Shown here: positions 20,031 to 32,190 of the stretch, in pieces
Layout of the letters: each line of letters begins with the position of its first letter
How positions within the stretch are numbered: position 1 is the first letter of the stretch
NCBI GenBank assembly: GCA_963765895.1
Contig: CAVXZB010000056.1
Span: 1 to 43,599 of the forward strand
Source of the DNA: an uncultured Nitrososphaeraceae archaeon
GTDB taxonomy: Archaea > Thermoproteota > Nitrososphaeria > Nitrososphaerales > Nitrososphaeraceae
Length of the DNA: 43,599 nucleotides
Reading direction: 5' to 3'
Notes under the pieces: generated by a model
Databases searched by the model: none
The model's input: only the letters and a program-made list of their open reading frames with translations
What the model was told of the DNA's origin: nothing
Translations under genes and position numbers: made by a program

Positions 20031-21075
20031 ATGTTATCATTATCATTATTATTAATCTCCAATCAGGTTTTTCATAAGGTTTTTGCTGCATCGCCTGCGT
20101 TTGATCAAGTTTTGATAACTGATGAACAAACGAGCAATCAGAAAAATGATTGGGTTCAAACTTATGGTAATGACAGTACTCATTTAAGGTCTGACTATGC
20201 AAACATACTGGCAGTAGATTATGATAGTGATGGAAAAACTCTAGATACTACATTTTGGTTAGCATCAAATTCGGAAAATGCTTCTATATATAGTCAACCA
20301 CTCAAACATGTTAGGTATGGTATGCTTATTGCTATTGTTTCACTGCCTCAAAATTCAGGATATAACGGAACCAATTACAACTTTTATATTGAGGCCGTTA
20401 ATGGAAAATGGAGTGAATATCTTTACCAATTATCATCAACAGGCACCCATTCGCTTGTATACTCTAAGACAAACTATACTGAATCTTTTGGTGGTCCTAT
20501 AATAAGGCCAGGATATGTTAAACTGCGATTAGACCTAGATTCTATACATTCTCCTAGCAGTTACGGCTTATCATTTTATACAGCAGAATACTTCAAATCA
20601 AATGAAGTTAGAGATTTTACAAGGTGGGTTGGTGTTCCTCCAGCTACCATAAAAGTATTAACACATCCAAAAGACATAGTCATAAGACAAGGAGAGGAGC
20701 ACTTAATTCCATCTGAGATAGAAACGCCACTTTCTAATAACGTTACTAATATAAAGTTCAATAATGGCACACTACAATTCTAGCGGCTTAAGTGTGTATA
20801 CCGAAAAAATTCAACCTCCATTATTTAGGGTAAAGGTTTCTCCACAATCACAAAGTAGGCGTATATACTATACCGTTTGTGGCTTCATTGTTAATTTCAA
20901 CAACATCATCACAATTCCCTATGTTTAATGACACAGTAACTGGATTTGGAGATCCAGAGTTTCAAGTATCCAAAAAGTATCCAACAACTTGCCATATAAC
21001 TAGTAATGGAAATTTAACAATAAATGTAATACCGCCATTAACCATTCATGAAACATTCTCGGCCTTTTGGATTAC
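20031..21075 (+). pseudogene. Secreted/cell-surface protein, frameshifted and 3'-truncated
   Basis: Signal peptide ending VFA; beta-rich; continues in shifted frames after 20783. Confidence 0.65.
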
Positions 21076-21079
21076 ATTT

Positions 21080-21193
21080 GTTGTCGCCATTACTAATGGA
21101 AAACTAGACTTCGGTCCATGGGAACAAATATTTTATGGAGAGTTTGATGGCCAACGTGATAAAAGAGTACTCGTGAAAGTAATTGGTGAATAA
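21080..21193 (+). pseudogene. YjbQ/UPF0047 family C-terminal remnant
   Basis: [37 protein letters not shown]. Confidence 0.88.
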
Positions 21194-21698
21194 AAATTGA
21201 AAAACTAAACTAGCCGAATCCACAGAATGCATTATTATCTTGCATCTATAAGAATGTAAATTTACATTTGTTATTGACTACAGAACAACAACTATGGGAT
21301 CCATAACATCATCTTTTCGGATTATCAATTCACTGCTCGACTTATATCTTTGAATGTTGTATCGCTATTCTCCACTTTCGAGTAGCATTGTTTTCGAAAG
21401 CCACCGCCCTATTGGGTTCTGAAGAAGATTTTGCAGAATTATTTTCATCGTTTAATCCATTCAAGTATCTTATGAGTTTGTATAAGCGAGGTTGATAATG
21501 GATTGCAATATGGTAGGCTTTGCTTCACCATTAGTTAATTCCAAATTTATTGCGTGGAGAATGTCGTTATATATCTTCATCTTATTTTCCTTTAGTTTCG
21601 AAAGTTATTGATTATGCAGTATTCTAATTAATTATATTCCCCGTGGGAGTATGCCTTTTATATTATTTGTTATAGATGCATGTATGAATAAGTTCATT

Positions 21699-22184
21699 AT
21701 GCAAAAGATCATCCCGCATCTGTGGTTTGATAGCGATGAAGAAGATGCAGTAAAATTTTATACATCTGTTTTCAGAAACTCAAAAATCACAGGTATTACT
21801 CATTACTGACAATCATCTGCGGAGGTTTCCAGAAGACCAAAGGGAACGGTAATGACCTTGAGATTTGAACTTGAAGGACAACAATTTATGACCTTAAATG
21901 GAGGTCCAGTTTTTAGATTCTCGCCTGCTATATCATTTCTCGTTAACTGTGAAACACAGGAAGAAGTAGATGACTTATGGGAAAAGCTGTCCGAAGGATG
22001 AGAAAAAGAACAATGCGGCTGGCTAAAAGACAAGTTTGGTATTTCATGGCAGATCGTTCCCAATATCTTGGGTGAAATGGTACAGGATAAAGATGCAATA
22101 AAATTGGAAAGCGTCATAAAGGCAATGCTTCAAATGAACAAAATCGATATACAAGGTTTGAGGAAGGCGTACACGGAGGGCTAA
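21699..22184 (+). pseudogene. VOC/PhnB-like (3-demethylubiquinone-9 3-methyltransferase family) protein, two in-frame TGA
   Basis: MQKIIPHLWFD, LNGGPVFRFSPAISF and QCGWLKDKFGISWQIVP; missed by the ORF track. Confidence 0.9.
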
Positions 22185-22193
22185 TAGAAGACC

Positions 22194-22766
22194 TTGAGAA
22201 AATTAAAGTTACAGGTACAAATCTCAGTAGACGACTATATTGCAGGATCCAATGGTGAAATGGATTGGATGGTTTGGAATTGGGATGACAAACTCAAAAA
22301 ACATGTATTTGGATTAACTGAGCCTGTAGACACTATTATTTTAGGACGAAAGATGACAGATGGCTTTGTTTCATATTGGTCAAATCTAATGACTCTACCT
22401 AATGATCCTTTCTATGCGTTTGCCAAAAAGATGATAGAAACACCAAAAGTAGTTTTTACTAAAACACTAAAAAATTCCAAGTGGGTAAATACGGTTATTG
22501 CTACGGGCGACCTTACACACGAAGTCAACAAGCTAAAGAGTGAAAATGGTAGAGATATCATTATTTATGGTGGAGCCTCATTTGATTCTTCCTTGATTAA
22601 AGCAGGACTGATCGACGAATTTCATTTGTTTGTCAATCCGGCTGCAATTGGAAGTGGCATGACTATATTTAACGACACAAATGAGATTCACAAATTTGCC
22701 CTGGTTAAGTCAATAGCATTTGACTGCGGAATAGTTATGCTTCACTATAAGACAAAGAGAACCTGA
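22194..22766 (+). CDS. Dihydrofolate reductase / RibD C-terminal domain family protein
   Basis: ISVDDYIAG, ILGRK and IYGGA..GLIDEFHLFVNP..IGSG motifs. Confidence 0.9.
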   Translation: MRKLKLQVQISVDDYIAGSNGEMDWMVWNWDDKLKKHVFGLTEPVDTIILGRKMTDGFVSYWSNLMTLPNDPFYAFAKKMIETPKVVFTKTLKNSKWVNTVIATGDLTHEVNKLKSENGRDIIIYGGASFDSSLIKAGLIDEFHLFVNPAAIGSGMTIFNDTNEIHKFALVKSIAFDCGIVMLHYKTKRT

Positions 22767-23613
22767 TAAAACTATGTATGGAGCTAGCAAAAAATTGTCG
22801 ACAACGGTCTGCGAATATATAATAACAGTAAATCAGGATGTGAGGTGCTTCGATCGTCGAATGCAGTAGAAGTTGGTGTCATGAGGCTAATTTCAATATA
22901 GACCTCAGATACCATGCTCATAAATCCAACGCAAATTTCGTGTGAAAGGCTAGTTATTATTTAGGACAATTAAGGAAATTAAGAATCCATGTATGAATTT
23001 ATAACTCATGCAACTACGGCTTTTCAATTCTTTTTCTTCGTTTAGACCATTACTGTTATAGAAATTCACTTACAACATGACTTTCATAACTGCAAATTGT
23101 TTTGAATTGGCAAAAGAGTACCATGGCAAGATCCCCACATGCGAACATATTTACTAGTAACGCTCAAATTTACATTCTGTCATTGTTATGAAAGCAGGAT
23201 AGTAATGGGGCTAGTAATAAACCTACTCCATACTATCTTTCCCTCAAGTTCTGACCATGAAAAATGTTGCATAATATCATACATATTTTGCATCAGTCTA
23301 GCTGTTTTTATATCCACATATTAAAAGTCTACAAAAAACAGAAGAGGTATCATGCGACCAACAACATTAGGAATTCGTGGATTGGAATTAGATTCTATTC
23401 TAATCTACTCTGCTGTCAATTTCTCTTACTATCCATTACAGGATAAATTTATTAATCCTAATCATTTGAGCGGTTTTGGTATCCTAAAATCATACTTGTT
23501 TAGTCTAAGTCAAGTGTTACTGTCGTCGATATATGCAAGCACTAACTATATCTCCCTTAAATTGTAAAAAAACGAGTGATCCTTGTTTGACTCCTATGAC
23601 TCGTTTTACTCGA

Positions 23614-24177
23614 TCACCATTGATGCCACGGTGCACCCATTTCCGGTCCACCCTTCATCATATTAGGAGGACCATCGCCACGCATCATGCCACCAGATCC
23701 GTGCTTCATCATACTACCTCCCATCACCATACCGTGCATCATCATTGATCCCCCTTTTGATACAGGCTGACTAGATAATATCTTTCCATTTCCTGCATCC
23801 ACTATTACCTTATGAAAGTTATAACTTCCATCAACAAGCCATACAGTGTATACCAAATATCCATTTTCTATTCCAAGGTGTGCCGCAACTGCGTGAGAAT
23901 TGTTACCTACAGCTTTTTCTGCAGTCATAGCAGATTGATTTAGACCAACTTTTATCTGTGAAGATAATGCATTTCCCATAACCGTAGATAATTTAATAGA
24001 ACCTGTAATGTTAGGTCCACTGCTTGCCATCATACCCATCATACCTCCTCCAGTCAAATTACTATTGCCCATCTGTGCATTTACTTTCTGAATGTTGGCG
24101 ACGGCAAACGTGCCGCCGAGAATCAGTGTTGCTACTAATATTGAAGCACCAACAATATTCATGATTATAGATTTCAT
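23614..24177 (-). CDS. Secreted PepSY-like protein with Met/Gly/His-rich termini
   Basis: Signal peptide; ENGYLVYTV..VIVDAGNGKIL. Confidence 0.85.
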   Translation of the reverse strand: MKSIIMNIVGASILVATLILGGTFAVANIQKVNAQMGNSNLTGGGMMGMMASSGPNITGSIKLSTVMGNALSSQIKVGLNQSAMTAEKAVGNNSHAVAAHLGIENGYLVYTVWLVDGSYNFHKVIVDAGNGKILSSQPVSKGGSMMMHGMVMGGSMMKHGSGGMMRGDGPPNMMKGGPEMGAPWHQW

Positions 24178-24527
24178 GCTTAGGTGTAATATCAGACTAA
24201 ATTATAAAAATGATTTGATATATTCGACGAACGTATCGTAATAGTTTCATGAACTTTTGGAACAGCGCACTGTCCAATTACTGATATCTTATTTATCACA
24301 TAGATACTCTGAACAGTTCAAATAGTTTCATTCTAAACTTGTTAGATGATATAAACAAAATAGCATCATCAAATACAGTAAAATTAGTAACAAATGTAGT
24401 CTTGAGTCATATCGGGCTTTACAAAACCTGACATGTTATAAGAGATGGTGTCGCAAGTTTGGTGGTTGGTGCAATAATGTATTCTCAGTATCATTAATAT
24501 GTTATAACATTCTTTTAATATTTATTA

Positions 24528-25125
24528 ATGGTGTTATATGGACTTTTGTGTACTTTGGGTATTAGAGGCGGATTGACTCTTGGCTATGTGGGAGCCGAGC
24601 TTCTAACGTCCTATTGGAATCGCAGATATTTAAGGGATAACGCCTCCCAACCTAGCAAGGTTCATGTTCTAAACAGGAGAGTGCATCACGGTGAAATTGG
24701 TACAGTGTTAGCATTATCTTCGTTACTCTTGAGAGCAACACCTGTTCCAACTGGCAGCTGCTGCAATCGTGGCAGGAATAGGGATGGGTCTTATTAAGGA
24801 TGATCATGCCGACATTGGAGAGTGGTTCAGATTTAAGAAAAAAAACTTTGAGAAACAGAAATATACCAAGGTAAAGGTAACATCTCTCAAACAACAAAAA
24901 GACATCCCAGTAACTAAAGGTAAACAATATGAACATAGTTCTAAACCAGAAAGAAGATCGGACATTTTCGATACCTTATTGTATCATGACCAAGGGGATA
25001 AAAAAATAGTAGAAAGGCTTATCCTCGAACCTATGCAGAAACAGATACGAAATCTAATAGATACGCAATCGCAAACAATGAAACAAATTGAATCAGAGAT
25101 AAAAAAATCTCGAAGCCAGTTGTAG
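24528..25125 (+). pseudogene. Membrane protein, frameshifted near 24750
   Basis: RVHHGEIG TM region, then AGIGMGLIKDD in the next frame. Confidence 0.55.
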
Positions 25126-26366
25126 TTGAAAAAAAGAGTAGGAAACAACCACGCAATACAAAAACGAAAAGACCATGTTGCATTCGATGCATATGGAATT
25201 CAATGTAACCAAGATCAGGCATACGGCAAGCGCCCATATCTATACATATTTTTCATTTCCTCATTAAGTAGTATATTTTTTTATTTTCCGACTCCACGAT
25301 AATTTTTGGACTGACGAGCAATACCATATTTTTCATCGATTCTACGATAGAAGATATTCCTTTGAGGACTTGGATCTCGTCCTCAATCTGAATATACAGA
25401 AGAGATTGCCACCTGGATCTTCCGATACGAAAGTCACCTTCTTGCTTATATCTCTACAGGCAACGGTTAGCACAATTTTGATTAGCAGCTCTATCTGTGC
25501 CTCTAAGCTGTTAGTGGAGATCAAGGTGTAATCTGACCTGAATATAGATTGTATCACTATAGGAATAGAGATATACATTCAAGCCAAAATATATGTGACA
25601 TGTGGCATATTGGATGCATATTACTAAAGACATCTTCTATCTGATTTACGTAAACGGCTTCCGAACTTCTTCTACTCCTTGTATCTGTCTACAAATGCTA
25701 GTCTTTAGGACAGTATCGTACTGCCAGAAATATATCAGCAGTGGCAACCAATATATGATAGAACACAGTTTAAAGGTGCATTCTAACAAAGATGATTATC
25801 TATAAGAAGTGTACAGTCGCTGGGCTATTTATGTCAGTTATCTACTCAGATATAGTAAGAGGCTAGCAGTAACAGTAGAATTCTGCATCACCATGTTTGT
25901 TTTATGTGATATTCCATATAACGATAACAATATCTGTATGTATTGCCTGTTCTTTCGATTAATTATGCCGCCGATGGACCAATAGAAGTACAATAGTCGG
26001 AACAACTTCCATTGATGTTACGAGTTCCAATGACAGCCAAATTAATTATTTTATTGGGCAGCATCTTATTAATTATATCTCGATCGTTGCTGTGAGACAA
26101 GAGTATTATTGAAAATGAAATGTCCAGAGTATGATCGAATACAGAATAAAAACGTATGCAAATTGGCAGGATTAGTTGCTGATTAAACAATGATTATAGG
26201 ATTGATAGTAGACTGTGATCCACAAAGACGTAGATCTACATCCTTCTACTAGCCATTGCATCAAAACATATAATAAAAATTCATTAGTAATTTATGACTT
26301 AACCTTTGCGACGAGACATAATGTTATAAATGTGGCGATAAATATATCAAACAGTATCAGGAAAAA

Positions 26367-26510
26367 ATGAAATGTCCTAACTGTGGCCAAGATTGCAAGA
26401 CTTACTTTGCCGTAGAAGGAGGTCCGATGGTTATGTTTGAAGAAGAATATCTAAACTTTTATTGTTGTAACTGTAAACATCCAATCGCAAAGTTTCTGAT
26501 AGGCGAGTAG
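26367..26510 (+). CDS. Small CPxCG zinc-finger protein (47 aa)
   Basis: MKCPNCGQDCKTYFAVEGGPMVMFEEEYLNFYCCNCKHPIAKFLIGE. Confidence 0.7.
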   Translation: MKCPNCGQDCKTYFAVEGGPMVMFEEEYLNFYCCNCKHPIAKFLIGE

Positions 26511-26546
26511 AAACTCAATTATATACAAACAGTGTACGCATAATTC

Positions 26547-26945
26547 CTATGGGAAAGCTTCTTTTTTCACAATTGATAAGATCTTATTGAAAACTATAGA
26601 CTCTTGATCGGTTGCTTCTCTATTTAGAGATATCATAAGAATAGGATAATCTTGATCATCTAGCAAGAATGTTACTCGTTTTATTTTCTCATATAATGTA
26701 AAGGAATAGATCGGTTTACCAAGCTTTACTTCTATGTCCTTTTCTCCTATCCTGGTATTCATCCTTATTACCGATTCAATGGTGGATAATGTCGACTCAT
26801 TTTCTGTTAACAATGGTACTAAACCTTTTCTATATTTAGACACGATTTTGCTACCAAATTTGTTTGCAATCCCTGCGAATCTGATAGAATTATCAGCTTC
26901 TAGTATATGTTTGCAAAGAGATGAAAGGCTTACTTTGGACATCAT
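26547..26945 (-). CDS. Roadblock/profilin-like thaumarchaeal protein (DUF6659-like)
   Basis: IRFAGIAN..YRKGLVPLL..LGKPIYSFTLYEKIKRVTF. Confidence 0.8.
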   Translation of the reverse strand: MMSKVSLSSLCKHILEADNSIRFAGIANKFGSKIVSKYRKGLVPLLTENESTLSTIESVIRMNTRIGEKDIEVKLGKPIYSFTLYEKIKRVTFLLDDQDYPILMISLNREATDQESIVFNKILSIVKKEAFP

Positions 26946-27436
26946 TCTAATTTATTTAAGATTATAGAATGGAAATTATATACATTGGTAATACCTGTTC
27001 ATAACTAGTTCAGATTGCCGCTGATAAATAAACCGAGATTGAAAATTAGGGCAATTGAATCGAATTAATGAGATATGATAAGATTATAGGTGATGATGCG
27101 CTTGCACGTCTGTCTGACCAACTTTGACCATATGGTTATCTTACAGGAATTCGGGATAAGACAAACAACGGTTTGATGTATTGTCAACCTATTACTGAAA
27201 AGCAATGATAATGGTAAGGATTAAGAGATCTGAAACCATTGCCCTTCTTTTTGAATTTAGAATAATGGTAAGGATGTATTAATATCATCCATAAATGCAA
27301 AGACTGCAAATATGGGCTAAAAAGTGCTGTACGGAATTGTCGTCCTTGAGACAGTAGGATTGAACAAATAATCACTTTGGTGTATAAATCAAATGTATTA
27401 TCTGCTTGTTTGAACTAGTTGATTGTAGAACAGATC

Positions 27437-27832
27437 ATGCAAAGAAAAATACTTCTTCAGGGACACGTTGGGAATCCATAGTTTGGATATTCGCGAGCTG
27501 TAAGAGTTGGAGATTTTGTATTCATATCAGGAACAACTGCGACTAACAAAGAGGGAGACATTATAGGATTAGATAATCCGTATTTACAAACTATTCAGAT
27601 TATAAAAAATATCCAAAGTGCATTACAAATGACAGGCGCTTGTCTTAAAGATGTTGTTCGAACTCGAATTTATATAACCGATATTAATAATTGGGAAAAA
27701 GTAGGACATGCTCATTCAGAATACTTTGAACAAATTAGACCAGCCGCTACACTGATAGAGGTAAGCAGCTTGATCAATCCAAAACTCTTAGTCGAGATAG
27801 AAGCAGATGCAGTATTGAGTGATGCAAGGTAA
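27437..27832 (+). pseudogene. RidA/YjgF family protein, 5' frameshifts
   Basis: SSGTRWESIV/GYSRAVRVG, ISGTTA, DVVRTRIY and IRPAAT..LVEIEADA. Confidence 0.88.
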
Positions 27833-27974
27833 TGAGATTTAAGCCAACACTTTATTTAGAATATTGGATATAAATCAAGAAATCTTAGGCACTACTATGG
27901 TCTCTTCCTATTAATTGCGATTCACTCGAGGAATCTCTATCATTACTGAATTCCTTTAAATCAGTTTTGGATAG

Positions 27975-28934
27975 TTATATATAGTCTATTAGTGTAAGTT
28001 GATCATCTTTATCGGATCTGTTTTCTGTTCCTGTGTTATTGGCACCAATTAGTCTAGGAAACTCAAAATTCATATCACTTTTTAATACTGCTTTCCTTAT
28101 CTTTCCAAGTATCAAATTAGCGTATGAATAACTTGCTGTGATATTTCGGCCTGAATTGATTGGATCTGTAAACTGAAAGATCCTATTGTATTCTTTTATT
28201 CCATTTTTTATGTCGAGTAATTTTAGAATAGTTTTCATTCTTTCCCATATGTCTCTTCTCAGTCTTAATATTGCAGCAGAAATGTACTTAACATTGGCTT
28301 TTCGACTACTGTCTATTATAGATTCAATATTATCGGAAGAATCAGTAATAAGAGGTAAAATAGGATCAATGTTTATGCAACAACGTATGCCAAAATCAGT
28401 AAACTTACTTATTACTTCAAACATTGCAGATGTAGGGGGAGTGCCTGGTTCAATACATCTTCTTATATTTTCATTAGATGTAGTTATAGACCACACTATT
28501 ACACAATTATCTTTATATTGTTTATGTAATTCGAAATCTCTTTTTATGATAGTCGACTTTGTAAATACGTAGTAAGGAAAATTATAGTTCTGTAAAACCT
28601 TGATGCATTTTCTCGTAAGCTCGAACTTAAGTTCTGCTGCTTGATACGCATCTGTTGCAGAAGATATCATCACAGGATGTATTTGTTTTTTGAATTTCCA
28701 TAATCTTAGCTGCTTCTCTAATATTTGTGGAGAATTACTCTTTGCATATACTCTATCATAAAATTCAGGAGACCATTCATAGGTAGCATAGCAATAACCA
28801 CATCTGTGCTGGCAGCCTTGATATGGATTTATGGTGAGGCCTTCATAATCTCTTACAGCAAATGGATGAAGAATCATCTTACTTTCTTTTAATTCAAATT
28901 CAGGCGTTTTATTCAGATTATACCATAAATTCAT
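27975..28934 (-). CDS. Radical SAM protein, spore photoproduct lyase (SplB)-like
   Basis: INPYQGCQHRCGYCYA (CxxxCxxC), SSATDAYQ, FTKS and IEPG motifs; C-terminal QLTLIDYI. Confidence 0.88.
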   Translation of the reverse strand: MNLWYNLNKTPEFELKESKMILHPFAVRDYEGLTINPYQGCQHRCGYCYATYEWSPEFYDRVYAKSNSPQILEKQLRLWKFKKQIHPVMISSATDAYQAAELKFELTRKCIKVLQNYNFPYYVFTKSTIIKRDFELHKQYKDNCVIVWSITTSNENIRRCIEPGTPPTSAMFEVISKFTDFGIRCCINIDPILPLITDSSDNIESIIDSSRKANVKYISAAILRLRRDIWERMKTILKLLDIKNGIKEYNRIFQFTDPINSGRNITASYSYANLILGKIRKAVLKSDMNFEFPRLIGANNTGTENRSDKDDQLTLIDYI

Positions 28935-29507
28935 TGGAATTGAAGTGAATGCTATTACTAGTTAAAGATAGACTCCTGTGGGGGAGAGGGGGAAGACGAT
29001 AAATGTCGGAATTGTCGCTGTCGATATCAATAGCATAATAATAATAGTGGACTTATAAACAGACGTAATGTATTTACTTTCAAAACTCTTAAGGGAACAA
29101 AACCATCAAATATGTATCAAACATATCTGATGAATTTAAACAAGAAAAAGTAGCCGGAAAAGGGTTCTGTCACTTTTCGTTTTACACAGAGACCTCTTAA
29201 CTATAGTATTCCTATCTTCACATCAGAATCAACAATTTGATCGTTAGATTGCTTGTCAATACCGCTTAGAAATGTATCACTAGTGACTTGAGCATTATTT
29301 TCTTCTAACACCTTCTAACCATACCTTGATTACCTTATTATGACATGAACCTTGATATTTCAACTGTTATTCATGTAAGATCATTAGAATTCTCTCTAAG
29401 CTTTGACTCCTCTATTATCTTCCACATTTAGCTCATCTTAAATGCGACTGGTAGTCTTAACACTAAAGCTATGGCTACTATCGTTATAAACTGATAGATA
29501 ATAGATA

Positions 29508-31472
29508 ATGGTATTGTCTATTGATGGAATAAATACACAACATGAATCCTTTAAGAAAAGTAACAGTAGCAATAATAATAGTAATATTTTACAATTTATG
29601 AAAAAATATCAAATTGCTACTTACCAGCAGCTTTTAAGGAGATCTGTTGATAACATAGAATGGTATTGGAATGCAGTAAACGAAGACCTCAGGTTAGAAT
29701 GGTTTCATAAGTATAATCAAGTTTTTGATTCATCAGAAGGATTCCCAAGAACAAAATGGTTCCTAGATGGCAAATGCAATATAGTTTACAATGCAGTTGA
29801 TAGACACGCAAAGAGGCATCCTGGCAAGATTGCTTATATTTTCGAAAATGAAAGAGGGATTAGTAAAAGAATCTCATATCAGCAGCTTGCTAATGAAGTA
29901 AATTCTCTGGCTATTGCTTTGAAACATGCAGGCGTAAAAAAGGGTGATGCCATTGGGATATATATGCCAATGATCCCAGAAGCTTTTTTTTCAATGTTTG
30001 CCTGTTCTAAAATAGGAGCAGTACATACGACTGTATTTTCTGGCTTCGGTAGTCAAGCATTATGCTCAAGACTTCAAGATTGTAACGCACAAATATTAAT
30101 TACTGCTGATGCAATGCAACGAAAGTCAGTACATATAGATCTTAAAAAGAGATGGATTAAAGCATTAGAAGAAACAAATATCTCGAAGATAATCACCGTT
30201 GGGAAAACAGATAATTACAATAATATGGAAATTGTCGGCTATAATGAATTTACCAAAAAGTACTATGGAATGCCTTGCGAGACCGAAGTCATGAACTCGG
30301 AAGATCCACTTTTCATACTCTATACTTCTGGCACAACAGGTAAACCAAAAGGAACTGTGCAAGTACATGGAGGATATATGGTTGTGTCTGCACAACAAAC
30401 ATCTTATCTTATCGATATGAAACCGCAGGATGTGTTATTTTGGTATGCAGATATCGGATGGATAACTGGTCAAACGTGGGTTGTTTATGGCAGTTCTCTG
30501 ATTGGAGGAACAGCGTTAGTATATGATGGTCATTTAGATTATCCTGAGATTGACACATGGTGTAAATTAATTGAAAAATATAAAGTGACAATTTTTGGAA
30601 TGGCTCCTACAGCAATAAGGAACTTTATGAGAGAAAATATGCCTTTGGATAATTACGATTTTTCTTCATTAAGAATTCTAGCTACTACCGGTGAACCGAT
30701 AAATAAAGATGCATGGTTATGGTATTTTGAAAATGTAGGAAGAAAACAATGTCCAATAATTAATCTATCTGGAGGTACAGAGATCGGAGGAGCTATACTT
30801 AGTGCCTCACCAATTATTTCGCTCAAGCCCTGCACAGTGGGATTTCCAGTGCCTGGATTTGATGCAGATGTTTTCGACGATAAAGGTAAGCATACTGCCC
30901 ATGGTTTTCTTATCATTAGAAAGCCTTGGCCCTCAATGAGCAGAGGAATACTGGAAGACTGGAATAGATTTATTGAAACATATTGGTCAAAATATGATAA
31001 TGATATATGGTATCATGGGGACATCGTATTTGTTGATCCTGCTGATGGTTTATGGTATATTTTGGGTAGAGCAGATGATATAATTAAGGCTTCAGGACAC
31101 AGAATAGAATCTGCTGAAATAGAAGGTGCTATTTCGTCTCATTATGCAGTTGCAGAAGCTGCAGTGATTGGAGTGCCAGACAAGATAATAGGAGAATCAG
31201 TAACTGCATACGTAGTCTTAAAGAAAGTATCTCCATCTTCTGAATATATGGAAAAAATTTTAAAAGACGAAATCATAAAAATCGTTGAAAGTTTAGTCGG
31301 AAGATTTGCTTGTCCCAAACATATTATATTTGTAAAAGATTTGCCTAGGACAAGAACTGGAAAGCTCGTTAGACGAATAATTAAGGCTAAAGCGTTGGGA
31401 GAAAATATTGGTAATCAAGATCTATCAACTATTGAGAATCCCGAATCACTAAAGTATATTACCAGCTCATAA
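29508..31472 (+). CDS. acs: AMP-forming acetyl/acyl-CoA synthetase
   Basis: YTSGTTGKPKG, ADIGWITG, TGEP, GRADD and LPRTRTGKLVRR motifs. Confidence 0.88.
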   Translation: MVLSIDGINTQHESFKKSNSSNNNSNILQFMKKYQIATYQQLLRRSVDNIEWYWNAVNEDLRLEWFHKYNQVFDSSEGFPRTKWFLDGKCNIVYNAVDRHAKRHPGKIAYIFENERGISKRISYQQLANEVNSLAIALKHAGVKKGDAIGIYMPMIPEAFFSMFACSKIGAVHTTVFSGFGSQALCSRLQDCNAQILITADAMQRKSVHIDLKKRWIKALEETNISKIITVGKTDNYNNMEIVGYNEFTKKYYGMPCETEVMNSEDPLFILYTSGTTGKPKGTVQVHGGYMVVSAQQTSYLIDMKPQDVLFWYADIGWITGQTWVVYGSSLIGGTALVYDGHLDYPEIDTWCKLIEKYKVTIFGMAPTAIRNFMRENMPLDNYDFSSLRILATTGEPINKDAWLWYFENVGRKQCPIINLSGGTEIGGAILSASPIISLKPCTVGFPVPGFDADVFDDKGKHTAHGFLIIRKPWPSMSRGILEDWNRFIETYWSKYDNDIWYHGDIVFVDPADGLWYILGRADDIIKASGHRIESAEIEGAISSHYAVAEAAVIGVPDKIIGESVTAYVVLKKVSPSSEYMEKILKDEIIKIVESLVGRFACPKHIIFVKDLPRTRTGKLVRRIIKAKALGENIGNQDLSTIENPESLKYITSS

Positions 31473-32190
31473 AGAATAACTAAATTTCTGAACTGGAGCC
31501 CACATAATTCTGATTGGAGAGCATTATTCTCCAATAATGACACTGAGAATACGTTATTACATTAAATCCGGAAAGCCGAGTAGCAACTCCGCCGGAGTTT
31601 AAATCCACATTCAATCAGGCTGTAATGGATAGGCATGACATGGTTTCGCGAAATTCGCTTGGCGCTATATAGAGCTAAGATGTGGCATACAGCATATAGT
31701 AAATTGTCTGTTATTGACTTCTGGGAACGAACGATATGCTGTCTTTTAATGCTATGGCCACGCTCAAGCCAACCAAGACGGGCCGCATAATGCTACGCTG
31801 CAATACATGCGTCGCTCTAGTATTTGCTAATGGATCCTTATCACAACAGAGAATCCAGACCCTGCGGGATTTTATATATCTACACCTGTACGTTAACTTA
31901 GTACCATGTAAAGCCATACAGCGTAGTTAGAACTATCACCGGCATTGTGAATCTCACTCATTTACGAAGGCTACGATCACAATAATCTCTATCTAAGTAG
32001 TATTTCTTGATCTACTCGCCGGCTTAGACGTCTTAAGCTAGGTTCCATTTCAGTAGGTTGGCGGCTAAGGATGATGGTTCTTCGTCCAAATCCAGCGTAC
32101 TTGCCGATACTAGTCTTACTGGAAAACAATCGCAGGGTATTACAAATAGACAACTATAGTAGATTTTAATATCAACAAGATCCTTTATCT

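Noticed and set aside
21803-22117. 104-aa minus-strand ORF
   Set aside because: Antisense to the VOC-family pseudogene
21699-22184. Two in-frame TGA at Gly positions, suggesting TGA=Gly recoding
   Set aside because: TGA ends intact genes (22766, 41934) and replaces Trp elsewhere; simple GGA->TGA mutation suffices
29162-29180. GGTTCTGTCAC as an IS6-type terminal inverted repeat (similar at 16608-16618 and 39164)
   Set aside because: Too short, with no partner repeat, target duplication or linked transposase
32068-32120. Fluoride (crcB) riboswitch-like hairpin
   Set aside because: No downstream pseudoknot partner or CTGATG motif, and no fluoride-related gene follows
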